In this document: piece by piece, positions 62,615 to 64,000 of the stretch
How positions within the stretch are numbered: the first letter of the stretch is position 1
Layout of the letters: each line of letters begins with the position of its first letter
Assembly (NCBI GenBank): GCA_013426755.1
Contig: AP019861.1
Span: 1,254,270-1,318,269 of the forward strand
Direction of reading: 5' to 3'
Length of the DNA: 64,000 bases
DNA from: Spirochaetota bacterium
GTDB lineage: Bacteria; Spirochaetota; UBA12135; COTS27
The notes under the pieces: model-generated
Told to the model about the DNA's origin: nothing
Seen by the model: only the letters and a program-made list of their open reading frames with translations
The model's database searches: none
Program-made: the position numbers and the translations under genes

Positions 62615-63949
62615 TTATGCGGATAGATCATTGATTATCCTTTTTAGGTCTTCGATAACCTTATCGGCGTCTGCTTTGGGGTAGATTCCTGTTATAACTT
62701 TATTAGAAGGAATAAAAGTGTTAGGAGGACCACTGTTTGTACTTAGTATGTTCTCGACTTTATCCATTTTCTTTCTAAAATTACTAATATCATTATATTT
62801 TATATCGGTTAATACATTCTCGATATCTGTTCTTTTTCTTCTAAAATTTGATATATCATCTGGTTTTACACCTCCACTAAATACAATATTATTATTTAAA
62901 TCAGTCGATTGACCTACTCTATTTTCTAATCTGGCAACTGCAAGTTCTAAATTTGTTTGTCCCGATATAGAAGTGGGAACAGTATAAGCTCCGCTAAAAT
63001 TGGTTTTATCAAACTTAGCTCCCTGAAACTGAGCTTTCGATAAATTAGCCCCTTGAAGCTGGGCATTACTTAAATTAGCCCCTTGAAGTTGGGCTCCTGT
63101 TAAATTAGCCCCTTGAAGCTGGGCATGAAATAACTTAGCTCCTTGAAACTGGACGCACGTCAAATCAGTTCCTTGAAACTGGACTTTATATAAATTAGCC
63201 GTTTGAAACTGAGTTCCTTGTAAATTAATCCCTTGAAGCTGGGCTTTCGGCAACTTAGACCCTTGAAGTTTGACTCCTGTTAAATTAGCTTCTTCGAACT
63301 GGGCATTTTCTAAATTAGTATTTTTTAGATTAGCCCTTTCAAGTTGTGCTTTTTCTAAATTAGCCCCTTGAAGCCGGGCATTTTCTAAATTAGCCCCTTG
63401 AAGTTGGGCTCCTTTTAAATTAGCATTATTAAGATTAGCACGCTGAAAATAAACGTTTGACAAGTCTAGCCATTTACTAGAAAAAGGAATTTCCTTTCCA
63501 TTCGGAATTTTCTCTGCATTCTTTTTTTCAATAAGAAGGTCTAAAATAAATTGTATTGTCGCTGGTGAAATATCACAATTCTGAACACGACTTTCTGTTT
63601 GAAGATAATTACAAAAAACTGTACAGATACGTTTTCTTTTATCATTTGATTGTTCTTCTAACGCCAATTCATATAGATTTTGAAAGCCAATTCGAACGAC
63701 TCCCTGTCTTTTACTTTCAATCTGGCTTATAGCATAGTTGTAACGCTGTTCAGTGTTACTCTTACGCTGTTCAGTGTTACTTTTTTCTTGTGCCTCTGCT
63801 ACTCTGTGCTGTTCTAACATAAGCATGAAACTAATTATAGCCGTTATAAATAATACAAATAATGTTGCGGTATTATTTAAATTAAATTCAAATACTAAAA
63901 CTCCAACTAAACCTCCAGCTATGCCCAGAAGGATAGGTACACTAAACAA
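62615..63949 (-). CDS. Membrane-anchored pentapeptide-repeat protein (PRP family member 5, divergent)
   Basis: 444 aa with two TM helices. The N-domain is diverged (EQRYNYAISQIES....VRIGFQNLYELA ... ICTVFCNYLQ ... TIQFILDLLIEKKN). Pentapeptide repeats (ANL..AQLQGANL) follow, then the family C-domain (VFSGGVKPDDISNF...YPKADADKVIEDLKRI). Confidence 0.85.
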   Translation of the reverse strand: MFSVPILLGIAGGLVGVLVFEFNLNNTATLFVLFITAIISFMLMLEQHRVAEAQEKSNTEQRKSNTEQRYNYAISQIESKRQGVVRIGFQNLYELALEEQSNDKRKRICTVFCNYLQTESRVQNCDISPATIQFILDLLIEKKNAEKIPNGKEIPFSSKWLDLSNVYFQRANLNNANLKGAQLQGANLENARLQGANLEKAQLERANLKNTNLENAQFEEANLTGVKLQGSKLPKAQLQGINLQGTQFQTANLYKVQFQGTDLTCVQFQGAKLFHAQLQGANLTGAQLQGANLSNAQLQGANLSKAQFQGAKFDKTNFSGAYTVPTSISGQTNLELAVARLENRVGQSTDLNNNIVFSGGVKPDDISNFRRKRTDIENVLTDIKYNDISNFRKKMDKVENILSTNSGPPNTFIPSNKVITGIYPKADADKVIEDLKRIINDLSA

Positions 63950-64000
63950 AATAATATTATAGACAATGGACGTATTATAACAATTATATAAATGCTCAAT

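Noticed and set aside
1-64000. tRNA, rRNA, tmRNA or RNase P RNA genes.
   Set aside because: - All spacers were scanned by eye.
- None shows cloverleaf-compatible GC-rich stems or conserved rRNA strings, and the spacers are dominated by AT-rich tandem repeats.
- Small structured RNAs cannot be excluded without covariance-model searches.

Overview
This is a 64-kb AT-rich chromosomal segment from a diderm (Gram-negative-type) bacterium, probably host-associated. All calls rest on motif recognition by eye, because no similarity search was possible.

I call 31 protein genes, covering about 81% of the window. I recognised no rRNA, tRNA, cas, transposase, integrase or phage structural genes.

Housekeeping genes recognised from strong motifs:
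- waaA (Kdo transferase)
- rsmA/ksgA
- fumC
- a fused glyQS
- accA
- rpsU
- ppa
- an RluA-family pseudouridine synthase
- a ThiF/MoeB-type adenylyltransferase
- an Rrf2 regulator

About 46% of the window (29.6 kb) belongs to three paralogous repeat-protein families:
- five GLUG-motif lipoproteins
- five membrane-anchored pentapeptide-repeat proteins that share distinctive N- and C-terminal domains
- three tandem TPR-like secreted proteins, plus one separate large TPR protein that is not counted in the 29.6 kb

An AT-rich defence islet lies at 22.4-26.8 kb. It holds a beta-class DNA methyltransferase, a candidate PD-ExK restriction enzyme, and an ImmA/IrrE-XRE plus DUF4411 PIN-like pair.

The most unusual property is pervasive tandem repetition.
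- Nearly every intergenic spacer longer than about 180 bp is built from one or more minisatellite arrays. I count at least two dozen, each with its own unit, with periods from 10 to 164 bp.
- In-frame repeat expansions sit inside otherwise conserved enzymes. The extreme case is a WaaA of 1553 aa, against roughly 430 aa for typical homologues, carrying six separate repeat insertions.
- Repeat periods inside genes are multiples of three. Intergenic periods are not constrained in this way.
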